Below are positions 54,201-64,000 of a stretch of 64,000 bases of DNA, one piece after another. Positions within the stretch are counted from its first letter, which is position 1. Every line of letters starts with the position of its first letter. The notes beneath the pieces were generated by a model. It searched no databases, was not told where the DNA came from, and was given only the letters and a program-made list of their open reading frames with translations. The position numbers were made by a program, and so were the translations under genes. The stretch is from Eledone cirrhosa (taxonomy: Eukaryota). The DNA lies in assembly GCA_964016885.1 (NCBI GenBank), contig OZ024740.1:204476001-204540000 (forward strand), written 5' to 3'.

Positions 54201-54738
54201 AACAAAGTGCAGGGCAATAAAGATAGACGGTAGCCACGGAATAGGCAGACCTAGAAAAACCTGGGATGAGCTGATAAACTCCGACCTCACACACTTACAC
54301 CTCTCCAAGACAATGTCACTGGACCGAGACCTTTGGCGGTACTCAGTAACAGAGAAGACCCGCCTTGCCAGTAGGCATCTCTAACAAAATACACCCCGTC
54401 CCGCCACCACCCCCACCCCATCCACACCACCCGTTCTATGTAAAGTTATGTTGGTGCCGCGCCATCCAGGCCGAAACAAATGAGATCGTGTAGGTGTCAC
54501 GACAAAAAAACACACAGTCCACGCTGTAATGTGGCCGTGTAGGCAACACGGTAAAAACCTCCCAGACCCACACTGTAAATGTGGTTGGTGTTAGGAAGGG
54601 CATCCAACTGTAGAAAACCTGCCAGACAGTCCTATGCGAGCAAGACAATCACTCTTGCCTCAAGTGGGACTACCCCCGTCCAAACCCATGCAAGCGTGGA
54701 ACACGGACGTTAAACGTTGATGATGATGATGATGATGA
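51237..54738 (+). mobile_element. Near full-length RTE LINE (APE + RT + PHD-like insert)
   Basis: FRVGTINVGTL, CIQETRW, AGDLN, VDYIL, FVDLEKAFD, LYADD. One frame from about 51337 to 54384 with a single stop at 51661-63. (GAT)n tail. Confidence 0.97.
51709..54384 (+). CDS. RTE ORF (AP endonuclease C-terminal part, reverse transcriptase), downstream of premature stop
   Basis: 891-aa ORF with RT motifs, in frame with upstream ORF 51397-51663. Confidence 0.85.
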   Translation: MLTTSQISDSDYIIIAGDLNSHVGQHCDGYDEIHGGYGFGTRNEESSRILEFCDANNLTICNTNFKKRDNHLITYRSGEHTSQVDYILTRRRDRVSVVNTKSLPHEECTSQHRLIISDLIVRTRRTRQQKRTILRRKIWKLKDPTARNKFQSILLDAFDSKEEHLESDNIEGQWEFLKANLLLATDEVCGWSRPVGRRRVTWWWNSKVEGSIKAKKQAWKVWRDGGSRVDYQVARREARREVYLARREAEERKFKHVLQRDDQKREVFRIARQCVKENRDIVGEKCVLNDDGILAITDTDKKVAWKCHYERLLNEENKWEKDSLPHIDPIEGPAVLVEGSIISKAIKDMKTGKAAGPSEIVAEMLKASGTVGHTMVTRIVNQVVQNGVVPKDWHSSIIVNCYKGKGDALDRSNYRGIKLIDQVMKVTEKVIAQLIRERIDLDEMQFGFVSGKSTTDALFIVRQLQEKYLAKGKPLYLAFVDLEKAFDRVPRSIIWWALRKLGVDEWLVRAIQAMYKETVSKVRINNEYSEEFSVKVGVHQGSVLSPLLFIIALQAITEEFKTGCPWELLYADDLTLIAESMAELEKKFQTWKHGLESKGLKINLAKTKVLVCRKENKAAVPSGKWSCSVCRKGVGRNSILCPKCKVWVHKRCSGITGKLTKNIDFTCGRCSGAISSSKCPQNTSSFNCAEGSIEIVDSFRYLGDKISSGGGCSESTVARVRTGWKKFRELIPLLAAKGFSLKMKGRLYDACIRTAMLHGSETWALCAEDIRRLERNEACMLRWMCNSNIRERQSINELRKKLEIRGIRCCLLERRLRWYGHVMRMKVDSCITKCRAIKIDGSHGIGRPRKTWDELINSDLTHLHLSKTMSLDRDLWRYSVTEKTRLASRHL

Positions 54739-54773
54739 TATATATACATATATATTATATATATATATAATAT

Positions 54774-54838
<65 letters not shown>

Positions 54839-54839
54839 C

Positions 54840-57460
54840 TCTATTATTGTCACAAACAAGCAAACACAAAAAAATCCCCCTGAAACAGTCAAAACTAGCC
54901 ACTACACTAGCCTCCACATTTCTGCTTAATCTACAAGGTGTCAGCCCTTCTATCAATATACAAAAACGGAAGGTTCAATTCATTGAGGATTAGGTTAGTA
55001 ACCATCCACACCACATCCTTTTCTTCATCTGAGACCCATCTCGACAACTTCCACTCGATTTCTTTACAACAGGTGGTAATATCACATTCTCCAATGGCTA
55101 CTGTGAATCAGTCACCATGCACAACAAAGCCAATGATTTGATAGTAGCTGGGTTCTATAGGCCACCTCAAATGCCCATACTACACTTTAAAGAATGCCTC
55201 AACAGCATTAGGTGTTTTATATAACAGTGCTATTCTGGTAACATACTTAAGATGGGTGACTTCAATCTACCTCATGTTGATTGGTCTATAAACAGTTTGA
55301 AACCAGGCACTTCCATCTCAACTGCTGACAAAGAAGCAGTAGAGTCACTTCTCGATTTTATGGGTGAGTTTTTCTTGTCCCAACTTACCCTTACAAGCTA
55401 TCAGAAAAACATTTTGGACCTAGTGTTTAGCAACCATACTAACACTATATATAATATTACAGTGGAAAAAAAATCCTTCTTTCAGACCATGACAGGTTTC
55501 TCTGTAAATAAAGATTTCACCAGCCAATGACCCCTCTCCAGTCCACACATTTGATAACATGGACTCTATAATGCCAACTGAGATGTTGACCAACATCAAA
55601 ACATCTCCACCAACATCAAAACATTTTGACAGATATATCTAGACACTGTCACAAACATATGTGCAAAAGACACCCCACCAAGATCTATGAACAAAAATAA
55701 GTGCAGAATCCCCCAAAACAGAAAAATTATTATCAGAAAAATACTGCCAACAGCAACACACACATTCGACTGCTATCACACTGCTCAAAAAAAAAAGAAA
55801 TATAACCTCCAACAATGCATAAAGACCATCATCAATAACCAAAGAACAGCTGAGGAGAAATGGGCCATTGAGAAAATCAAACTGAACCCCAAAGTGTTCT
55901 TTTCATTTGTGAAAAAACACAAGGTCACTGTCTCCACTGTTGGCCCTCTAATTGATGAAAAGGGTACAGTTGTATCAGTAATGTTAATCTCCAACACACT
56001 ATATCGGACATAACGTTTGGCGCCCCTGATGTCTTAGCGGCAATGAACGAAATTAAACACAATTCACCAGTAGGTCCCAATAGGTTCCCTGCTTGTGTCC
56101 TGAAGGTGTGTCAACACCAACTTGCATCTCCTCTTGCTAATCTGTGGAGGAACTCACTGGATGCTGGCTATATACCTGAAAATTTTCTGTCTCAGTCTAT
56201 TGTCCCAGTTTTCAAAAAGGGAAACAAGTCCCTTGCAGTGGATTACTGCGCGATCTCACTCACCTCTCATATCATTAAGGTATTTGAGAGGGTGGTGAGA
56301 TCACGAATAACTCTCTTTCTTGAAAGCAACAGAACCTCAACTAACATGGCTACCGTAATGGAAGGGACTGCCTAACGCAGCTCCAGTATCACTTTGATGA
56401 CATTTTAAGAGCTTTGGGAGAGGGCTCCAACACTGATATCATTTACTTTGATTTCAGCAGGGTTGATCAAAACATTCTACTGAAAAAACTATTCAACATT
56501 AGTGTCTCTGGAAAGTTATTGTAATGGATCAAGTATTTCTTGACAAACAGAACCCAACATGTTGTAGTCGAAAGAGTACAATGAAGCCCAGCCAAAGTCA
56601 GTAGTAACATCTCGCAAGGCATTGTGTTGGGCCCACTTCTTTTCATTATCTATATAAATGATGTTACTGATGTCATTAAGCACAGCAATATAAGAATCTT
56701 TGCAGATGATTCCAAGCTCCAGAAGGTCATCAATGGAGTGGGTAACTGGACATGCCTTCAATCAGATCTACTTGCTGTTATCCAATGGGCGGAAAAGAAC
56801 AATATCCTGCTGAACAGGATAAATTTGAATTAATCCACTTTGAAAAAGAGGATACACTGAAACTCTCATATTCCCTCCCTTCCCTCGGGTGAATCCCTTG
56901 TGGCATCCAACATCAGAGGCCTTGAAGTAATTGTTGACAACAACATAAGCTGGGCCATTCATATAAACAGCAAAGTTGACATGGCCCATAGAATGTGTTC
57001 CTGGATTCTCAGAAATTTCCAGTCAAGAGATATCCACACCATTATCTTCTCTACTTTTTCCCGACACCCACCTTGAATACTGTTGTCCACTGTGGTCTCC
57101 CCACCTGAAACAAAATATTATGAAAATTGAAGTACCTCAAAGTTCTATCACATAAAAAGATAGATGGCATGACAGGCCTTGACTATTGGGGTCGACTAGA
57201 AAAGCTCAAATTTTACTCTCTCTAACACCGCCGTGAGCACTATATTATCTGCATCATGTGGAAAATATTCCATCAGCATTGCCCAAATGATGTTGGTATC
57301 ATCTTTAAAGTACACCTAAGATATGGGCCCCATGCTATCTGCGCACAACAAAAATTAAACTCAGATCTCATAACAACATTACGGAACAATTATTTTACCT
57401 TAACTGGGCCCTCTCTCTTTAACATTACACCAAAACACATTAGAACAGAAACAGATTCCA
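54840..57460 (+). mobile_element. Decayed CR1-group LINE
   Basis: YRPP, MGDFNLPHVDW, LDLVFSN, PVFKKG, LGPLLFIIYIND, FADDSK, LEYCCPLWSP. Confidence 0.9.
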
Positions 57461-57534
57461 TATATATTATATTTATATTAAATATTATATATAATATATA
57501 TATTTATATATATAAATATATATATATGTGTGTG

Positions 57535-57670
57535 TGTGTGGCTGAGTGGTTAGAGAATTGGATTCACAATCGTGAGGTTGTGAGTTTGATTCCAAACCGA
57601 GCGATGCGTTATGTCCTTGGGCAAGACACTTTATTTCACATTGCTCCTTCTACCTGGAGTTGCGACTGAT
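57535..57670 (+). mobile_element. tRNA-derived SINE head
   Basis: TGGCTGAGTGG (A box), GTTTGATTCC (B-box-like), GTCCTTGGGCAAGACACTT core. Confidence 0.7.
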
Positions 57671-58146
57671 AGAAAATATTAGCAATTAGAAAGACCAATG
57701 GAAACATTGTTTCCTTGGTCCGATTTGATGAAAGTTGATCAACTGATATATAGGTCCACCCCAGCAACAACAAGGAATTTCTCAAGCCATCTCTGGATCA
57801 AATATATTCTGTTTGTTTTTGCCATGATTCCTTTTATTGATTAATTAATTAATTATGCAATCCACAACTGACGATGTCCCAGGGCCTTACGGTATGGTCA
57901 AATATGTAACTTGATTAGTGAAATATGTATAGTGCTTTTTGCATGATTAAAACTTTAAAAGGGTATTTCTAGTTCGGCCTTCTGTTGTTTTAAATAAATA
58001 TTTAACTCCGTTCCTGCACCAGCCACGGGATTCAACATCTACAATGGATGAGTTGCATAACGTAGAATGATTTTCTCACTATTGCATCATGATTAACTAA
58101 ACAGAATGACCAGTTCCACCCATAAATGGTATATATATATATATAT

Positions 58147-58494
58147 GGAGGCACATGGCTTAGTGGTTAGAGCATTGGCCTTGCAATCGAAAGGTTGTGA
58201 GTTCAATTCTCAGACCGGGTGATGTGTTGTTTCCTTGAGCAAGACACTTTATTTTACATTGCTCCAGTTTACTCAGCTGTAGAAATGAGATGATAGGGAC
58301 TGGGGTCCCTATCATTCCACTGCAAAGTGGTCGTGGAGGTGCCACGGCAAAAAAGCACCCAGCACTCACTGTAAATGAGGTTGGTGTTAGGAAGGGCATC
58401 CAGCTGTAGAAATCAAGCCAGAATCAGTTCCCGTCCCACCCTTGCAAGCAGGAAAAAGCGGACGTAAAATGATGATGATGATGATGATGATGAT
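58147..58494 (+). mobile_element. tRNA-derived SINE with RTE-derived 3' tail
   Basis: TGGCTTAGTGG A box, GTTCAATTC B box, CCTTGAGCAAGACACTT core. The 3' part GTTGGTGTTAGGAAGGGCATCCAGCTGTAGAAA..GGACGT..(GAT)n is shared with the RTE 3' UTR. Confidence 0.85.
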
Positions 58495-58767
58495 ATTTAC
58501 CTAATGTGTACTATCATTACCTAACATTCTGCATATGGCTGCACTTTTCGATGCATGACAAACAGATTGGGATCGTGGAAACTGTTATAGCAGTCCAGGT
58601 ACTGTATCATCTTACCCTCACAAAGTCGTCTTCCTCACTGATTAACAAAAGTGTGCACTCTGGCTAGCTGAGTTCAAATTTTAATAATTTGAAATTAATT
58701 GTTCGTCGAGTGAGTGGGGAAAAGGCCGAAATTATGTCTGTTCTATTCGACTTGCTTCATCTCCTAA

Positions 58768-58804
<37 letters not shown>

Positions 58805-58840
58805 GACAATAAGAATTGGTGCTATTTGTAAACTTTATTA

Positions 58841-58927
58841 CATATTACATACTGTTTCCATATCGATCAGCTCAGATTTAATCATGCGGATGGATCCTGA
58901 CTATTAATCGACACTTCTTCAGATATG
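58841..58927 (-). ncRNA. Type I hammerhead ribozyme
   Basis: Minus: CATAT-CTGAAGA-aGTGTCGATT..GATCGATATg-GAAA-CA gta TG-TA-ATATG, inside a ~190-bp cassette flanked by (TA)n on both sides. Confidence 0.8.
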
Positions 58928-58994
58928 AGAGTTTTCATGGGTCCCATGTGCGTTTTATATTGTGTTGCTGAAATTTTCCATGGCATTCAATATG

Positions 58995-59040
<46 letters not shown>

Positions 59041-59389
59041 TATGTATACGTACATACATATATGTATACAGACGTACAATAGTATGTATATATACATGCA
59101 CACATATATATATATGTACGTATGGATTCACCGAACATTTATTATAATGCTCGGTGTGTTTGTAAACAAACATCCCGTATTAAGCCGTACAGTGTCTAGC
59201 AACCATCGTTGCTCGTTTGTTCAACACTGACAAAGGAACGCTGTACTAGTTTCAAGCTTATTAGCTATTGTCAGCAACGTATACCTTCCTGCCGATATAT
59301 ATATATATCGTTCCATCTTAGGATACATTACTGGCTTGCATGTTACACAACTTGGAGTAAAGCTTTCAGATTCCCAGAAACCAAAGATA

Positions 59390-59582
59390 TTTATATAATT
59401 GTTTCTACTTTTGGCACAAGGGCAGCAATTATCCCACTACATTACTGGTACTTTATTTTATCGACCCCGTAGGGATGAAAGGCAAAGTTAACTTCGGCGG
59501 GATTTGAACTTAGTTCGTAAAGGGGCGTAACTCTGTGCTGCAAAGCATTGCGTCCGACCCTCTACCGATACTGCCAATCCAC
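59390..59582 (-). mobile_element. tRNA-derived SINE
   Basis: Reverse complement of GTTCAAATCCCGCCGAAGTTAACTTTGCCTTTCATCC..GGGGTCGATAAAATAAAGTACCAG. Tail also seen at 19935-20030. Confidence 0.75.
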
Positions 59583-59817
59583 TGATTAGGTTCAGATTCG
59601 TCTTTAACCTGTTTGTATTTTCGTTGTTGTAGTGGCAATGTGGCAACATGTCTCCGGTCGCAATTTTAACCGTGTCACATCTCTAACATATTGTTATTAC
59701 TCTGAGCTATAACTTATCAATTTATCGATATTACCTCATTGAGTGCTTTGTACCAGCCTCAGAAGATTGATTTCGAAAACTGCTAATTGCACCTGCCACT
59801 TCCATTTTATTCACTAT

Positions 59818-59864
<47 letters not shown>

Positions 59865-59911
59865 TTAAAACAATGAAATAAAAAATCAAGTCATTAGAGA
59901 TATTCTTCACG

Positions 59912-60041
59912 GCTTTACGATCGTTTCTAGATGGTGATAATACATTGTATCTATACTCGGTTATTGATCTATGTAAGTTTACAAACTATCAGATAGAGAG
60001 AATATTTACTTACATGCATATCACCAGCTGTTTTCAAAAGC
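59912..60041 (-). ncRNA. Degenerate type I hammerhead (inverted relative to adjacent PLE)
   Basis: Minus: GCTT-TTGAAAA-cagcTGGTGATA..TATCACCAtcta-GAAA-CGATCG-TA-AAGC. Stems intact, core altered. Confidence 0.55.
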
Positions 60042-60085
60042 AATAATAATTTTATTCAATAATAATTTTACTCAGAATTAGTATC

Positions 60086-61243
60086 ATGCAAATACCTAAA
60101 GTGGTTATTCCTATTACACCTAACAACCGAAAAACCACAACAACTATTATTACACGATTTATGGCCAATGTTATCAACCCACATATGAATACCAAGCACT
60201 CAAAATCTCATAATCTACCCAAAAATAACACCAAATACAACCACGATGATTTACCAAATTCCACAAATAAGGACACTAACCATAGGAACTCTTCTAGAAC
60301 ACAACACAATAATATAAGGGATAATAAAAACTTAACTAAAAACCGCAAAAGAAACATAACATGGTACAACGCAACCTTCAACCTGCAAACTATTGGACAA
60401 ATCCCAAAACAATTCTTTGAAATACTACATAAACATTTTCCACCAAACCACAGATACCACCAAATATTTAACAAATATACTGTTAAATTCTCATACTCTA
60501 CATCAAACAATCTCAAACAAAAAATAAGCAACTACAACATTTATAAACTTAAAAATAATATGACTACACCACTGCAACATAATTTAAATAGGACTGCACC
60601 TTTTAAAAAGACAAATAATACAATCCTTCAAACTGGAAAACACAACCACCCAAATCACCAACACAAAAACAACAGAACACAAAGTCACAATACAACCCTA
60701 GCACTAAACCACCCACAAAGCAACCTTCATTCTCCTGCTATCATTAATTACAATAGGACTAGCTCAAGGATAAATGAGAATAGTATAAGCAACCCCCAAA
60801 ACCATCTTACGTATGGCTGTAATTGAAAAAATAGAAGCATTTGCCCCTTAAATGGAAACTGTTTGATTAATAATGTAGTATATAAATGCACTGTGTCTAC
60901 TACAGACTCCAACAAAACATATATAGGATCTACATCAAACACATTTAAAAAAACATTTTACACACAGTCTAGTAGTTTCAACAATACTAAACTAGCAAAC
61001 ACCACATCTTTAGCTGAAACGGTAAATAATTATAAAAAGAAAAAAATAGATTTTAAGTTATCGTGGAACACCATTCTACAAAAAACTCCATATCTTGGAA
61101 ACAGGAGGGAATGCGGATTATGTTCAGGAGAGATCTTGGAAATTACTAAATCTAAGGAAGATTTATTAAATAAAAGAAAGGAATTGATCATAGTCTGTAA
61201 TCACCGTATACAAAAAACATTTAAATACTATAAACCTAATTAA
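60086..61243 (+). pseudogene. Penelope-like C-terminal / GIY-YIG fragment
   Basis: RKRNITWYN..F, HRYHQIFNKYTVKFSYS, CN*..CPLNGNCLINNVVYKCTV, YIGST..FK, C.LC..E, LLNKRKE...C.H. Confidence 0.85.
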
Positions 61244-61644
61244 ATATTCTAAATAGCAACTGACTATAATTCTGTATAGAATAACATTTATTAGTACCTA
61301 TTTCCCCTAATTATATGCTTTCCTGCTTATTTTTGCCTTTTAATATTTTAGCTTCCTTAGATGTATGCGTTAATGACTAAAAGTAACAAGATACACAGCC
61401 ACCCGTAATTGTATGAGTGAAAATAAACATCTATGTATGATATGGAAATATATTTATGTGTGTATATATTTGTGTATATATATATATATATATATAGAAT
61501 AGAATGAAACGAAATTTCATTTCTCACTCTTAATACGGCACTTACTTAAATGTAAGTATGTATGTATCTATACATACTTACATTTAAGTATATACATACT
61601 TACATTATATGTATACAGATGTACAGTAGTATGTATATATATAC

Positions 61645-61936
61645 ATCATCATCATCATTCGTCGACTACTGTCGAGATGATGGATCTCACTCTCATGCCC
61701 CAGAATTCCCTGTCCCCCAGGTCCTGTCTACTGATTCCCGTATCCCTAGAGATAACGTCAGGGAATGACAGCTTCCTACTCCTAGTCAGGCTGGAGTCAG
61801 GGTTCCAGATCAAGAGAGCGGATATGATTTCATTGCTGGCACGGTGACAGTGGCCAGCAAATTGAGCTCTCCGGGATTTTAGAAGGGCAGAGGCTCGAGG
61901 GAGTTTGCCATAGATTTTAGACAAGGTGGGATGTCG
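61645..61936 (-). mobile_element. 3' fragment of RTE-like LINE
   Basis: RRAQFAGHC.R, DREFW and (GAT)n tail. Confidence 0.65.
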
Positions 61937-62089
61937 TATACATACATGCACACATATATATATGCACGTATCGGTTTACCAAACATTTATTATAATGCAC
62001 CGAGCATTGTTTGTTGTTTGTAAACAAACAAACACACCAAGCATTATAATAAATGTTCGGTAAACCGATACGTGCATATACATATGTGT

Positions 62090-62352
62090 GCATGTATGTA
62101 TATATATACATACAACTGTACGTCTGTATACATATATGTATGTACATATAGATACATACATACTTATATATATATATGTATATATATATATGTTTATGTA
62201 TGAGTATATGTGTATATATGTATATGCTTGTGTATGTATGTACATGTATGTGTATGTATATGTGTATATATATGTATATATATATATATGTATATATATA
62301 TGTATATATATGGGTGTGTATATATATGTATATGTATGTGTGTGTGTATGTG

Positions 62353-62399
<47 letters not shown>

Positions 62400-62568
62400 A
62401 TATGTGAGTATAGGTGTATGAATGTTTATATATGAGTATGTGCACATGTAAGAGGAGTGTACATATGCTCACACAAGTGTGTATATATATATATATATGT
62501 GTGTATGTGTGTGTTGTATATGTATATATATATGTGTATGTATGTATATGTATATATATATGTATATA

Positions 62569-62613
<45 letters not shown>

Positions 62614-62692
62614 ATATATGTATATATGTGTATATGTGTATGTATATATGTATGTATGTGTGTGTCTATATGTATGTACATGTATATATGTA

Positions 62693-62733
<41 letters not shown>
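62090..62733. repeat. (TA)n(TG)n microsatellite
   Basis: Direct inspection. Confidence 0.95.
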
Positions 62734-62737
<4 letters not shown>

Positions 62738-62837
62738 AAAGTTAATTTAAGTACTTTTTGTAATTAAAAAAACTGTTAATTTCTCTTGTTTATTAATGTC
62801 ATATTAAAAATGTTAACTGTAGATAAATAATATTGAT

Positions 62838-63441
62838 ATGATGTCTACTGCAAAGAAGCTGAAGTTAGATACCAGCAGTAAGGTTAGACAGTGGTGTGAT
62901 GATTTTGTTAGATATGGATTTCAAAAAGCTGACACTAAAAAAGATACACCAGATCAGCTCATGTGTTTGCTATGTTCAAAAGTTCTATCAAATAGCCGTT
63001 TAAATCCTGCAAAACTTAAAAGACACCTTGATACTAATCACACCAATGATAAAAACAATTCACTGGAATACTTTACTTCGCTGAAAAACAACATAAAAAA
63101 ATCACAAGCTAATATGTATGACTTGTTTTGTAAAAAGTCAGATAGAAATAAAGCTTTAACAAGAACATCTTTTGAGATTTCACATTTGATTGGTAAAAAC
63201 AAGAAACCATTTACATTAGAACAGTTAATTCTGCCAAGTATAAAAATTGCTACAGAGAATCTTTTTGAAAGCTGCAGTATTAAGGACAAAGAAAAATTAA
63301 GCCAGTTACCATTGTCAGCAAATACTGTAAAAAGAAGGGTAATTGATATTTCTTCTGATATAGAAAATCAGATACTAACTGCACTAAAGAAAAGCCCATG
63401 TTTTGGTTTGCAAGTGGACGAAACTACGGATATTAATAACA
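62838..63441 (+). pseudogene. hAT transposase N-terminus (Buster/Charlie, ZBED5/SCAND3-like), interrupted by a LINE
   Basis: BED-type CLLC..LKRHL..H, KKPFT.E.LILP, PLSANTVKRR, FGLQVDETTDI. Confidence 0.88.
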
Positions 63442-64000
63442 GACTCAGACTCAGAAGCTCCCGCGTCTTGCGACGCATGAGGCAATCATAGTGTTCCACC
63501 GCGTTCGGTCAGCAGCCAGTTGCACAGCGTCCCGCCATTGTCTGTTTGTTGCTCGCAGGTCCCTCTCAACTGTCTGGCACCAGTTCATTTTGGGCCGCCC
63601 TCTCCGTCTGCTTCCCTGTTGGTTCCATTTAAGTACTTGGTTTGCCAGTCTCTCCGGGGGAAGTCTCAAAGCGTGCCCAAACCAGCCCAGGCGTCGCTTG
63701 CAGATGGCAGAAGAGACTATCTGCTGGTTGGTGCGGTTCCTGACTTCCTGGTTTGTTACATGGTCACTCCATTTAATCCCCAGGATCTTTCGCAGACACC
63801 TGGAATCGAATGCGTCCAACTTCTTCTCTTGGCTGGTCTTAAGGTGCCATGTTTCACTTCCGTACAAGAGTGTGGACAGCACGTTGCTGTTGTAGAATTT
63901 CATCTTTGTTTTGAGGGTGAACTTCCTGCTCTTCCAGATCTTGACAAGCTGGTTAAATGCTGCTGAAGCCTTTCCCATTCTACATTGCAATTCACTGTCC
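63442..64000 (-). mobile_element. 3' part of an RTE-type LINE (distinct family), runs off the window
   Basis: R.GKASAAF, LLYGSETW, RRLGWFGH, RGRPK..W and (TGAGTC)n tail. Confidence 0.9.

Noticed and set aside
57855-57945. CTGACGA..GAAA-TATGTA-TA-GTG possible hammerhead
   Set aside because: Stem I is out of register and stem II is interrupted. It may be a decayed copy but cannot be supported.
57535-58220. tRNA genes suggested by A/B boxes
   Set aside because: No complete cloverleaf, and both are followed by SINE core sequence.

Overview
Repeat-saturated eukaryotic DNA. The repeat families and (TA)n/(CA)n content suggest a mollusc, probably an octopus-type cephalopod (inference). No host protein-coding gene is recognisable, and the long Y/I/H/T/C/V/M ORFs are microsatellite artefacts. 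The window holds about 10 kb of (TA)n(CA)n satellite at the left end and several RTE LINE copies, one nearly complete, with a PHD-like finger inside the RT. It also holds two decayed CR1-type LINEs, two CRE-type fragments, four Penelope-like element (PLE) remnants, tRNA-derived SINEs, non-autonomous Helitrons, an internally deleted mariner, a Merlin element with 8-bp TSD, hAT fragments and a probable solo LTR. The most notable signal is a set of seven well-formed type I hammerhead ribozymes, plus degenerate or fold-back ones, on both strands. Most lie in short ORF-less cassettes next to (TA)n, like solo PLE pseudo-LTRs or retrozymes. Coordinates were read by eye, and the boundaries of decayed elements are approximate.
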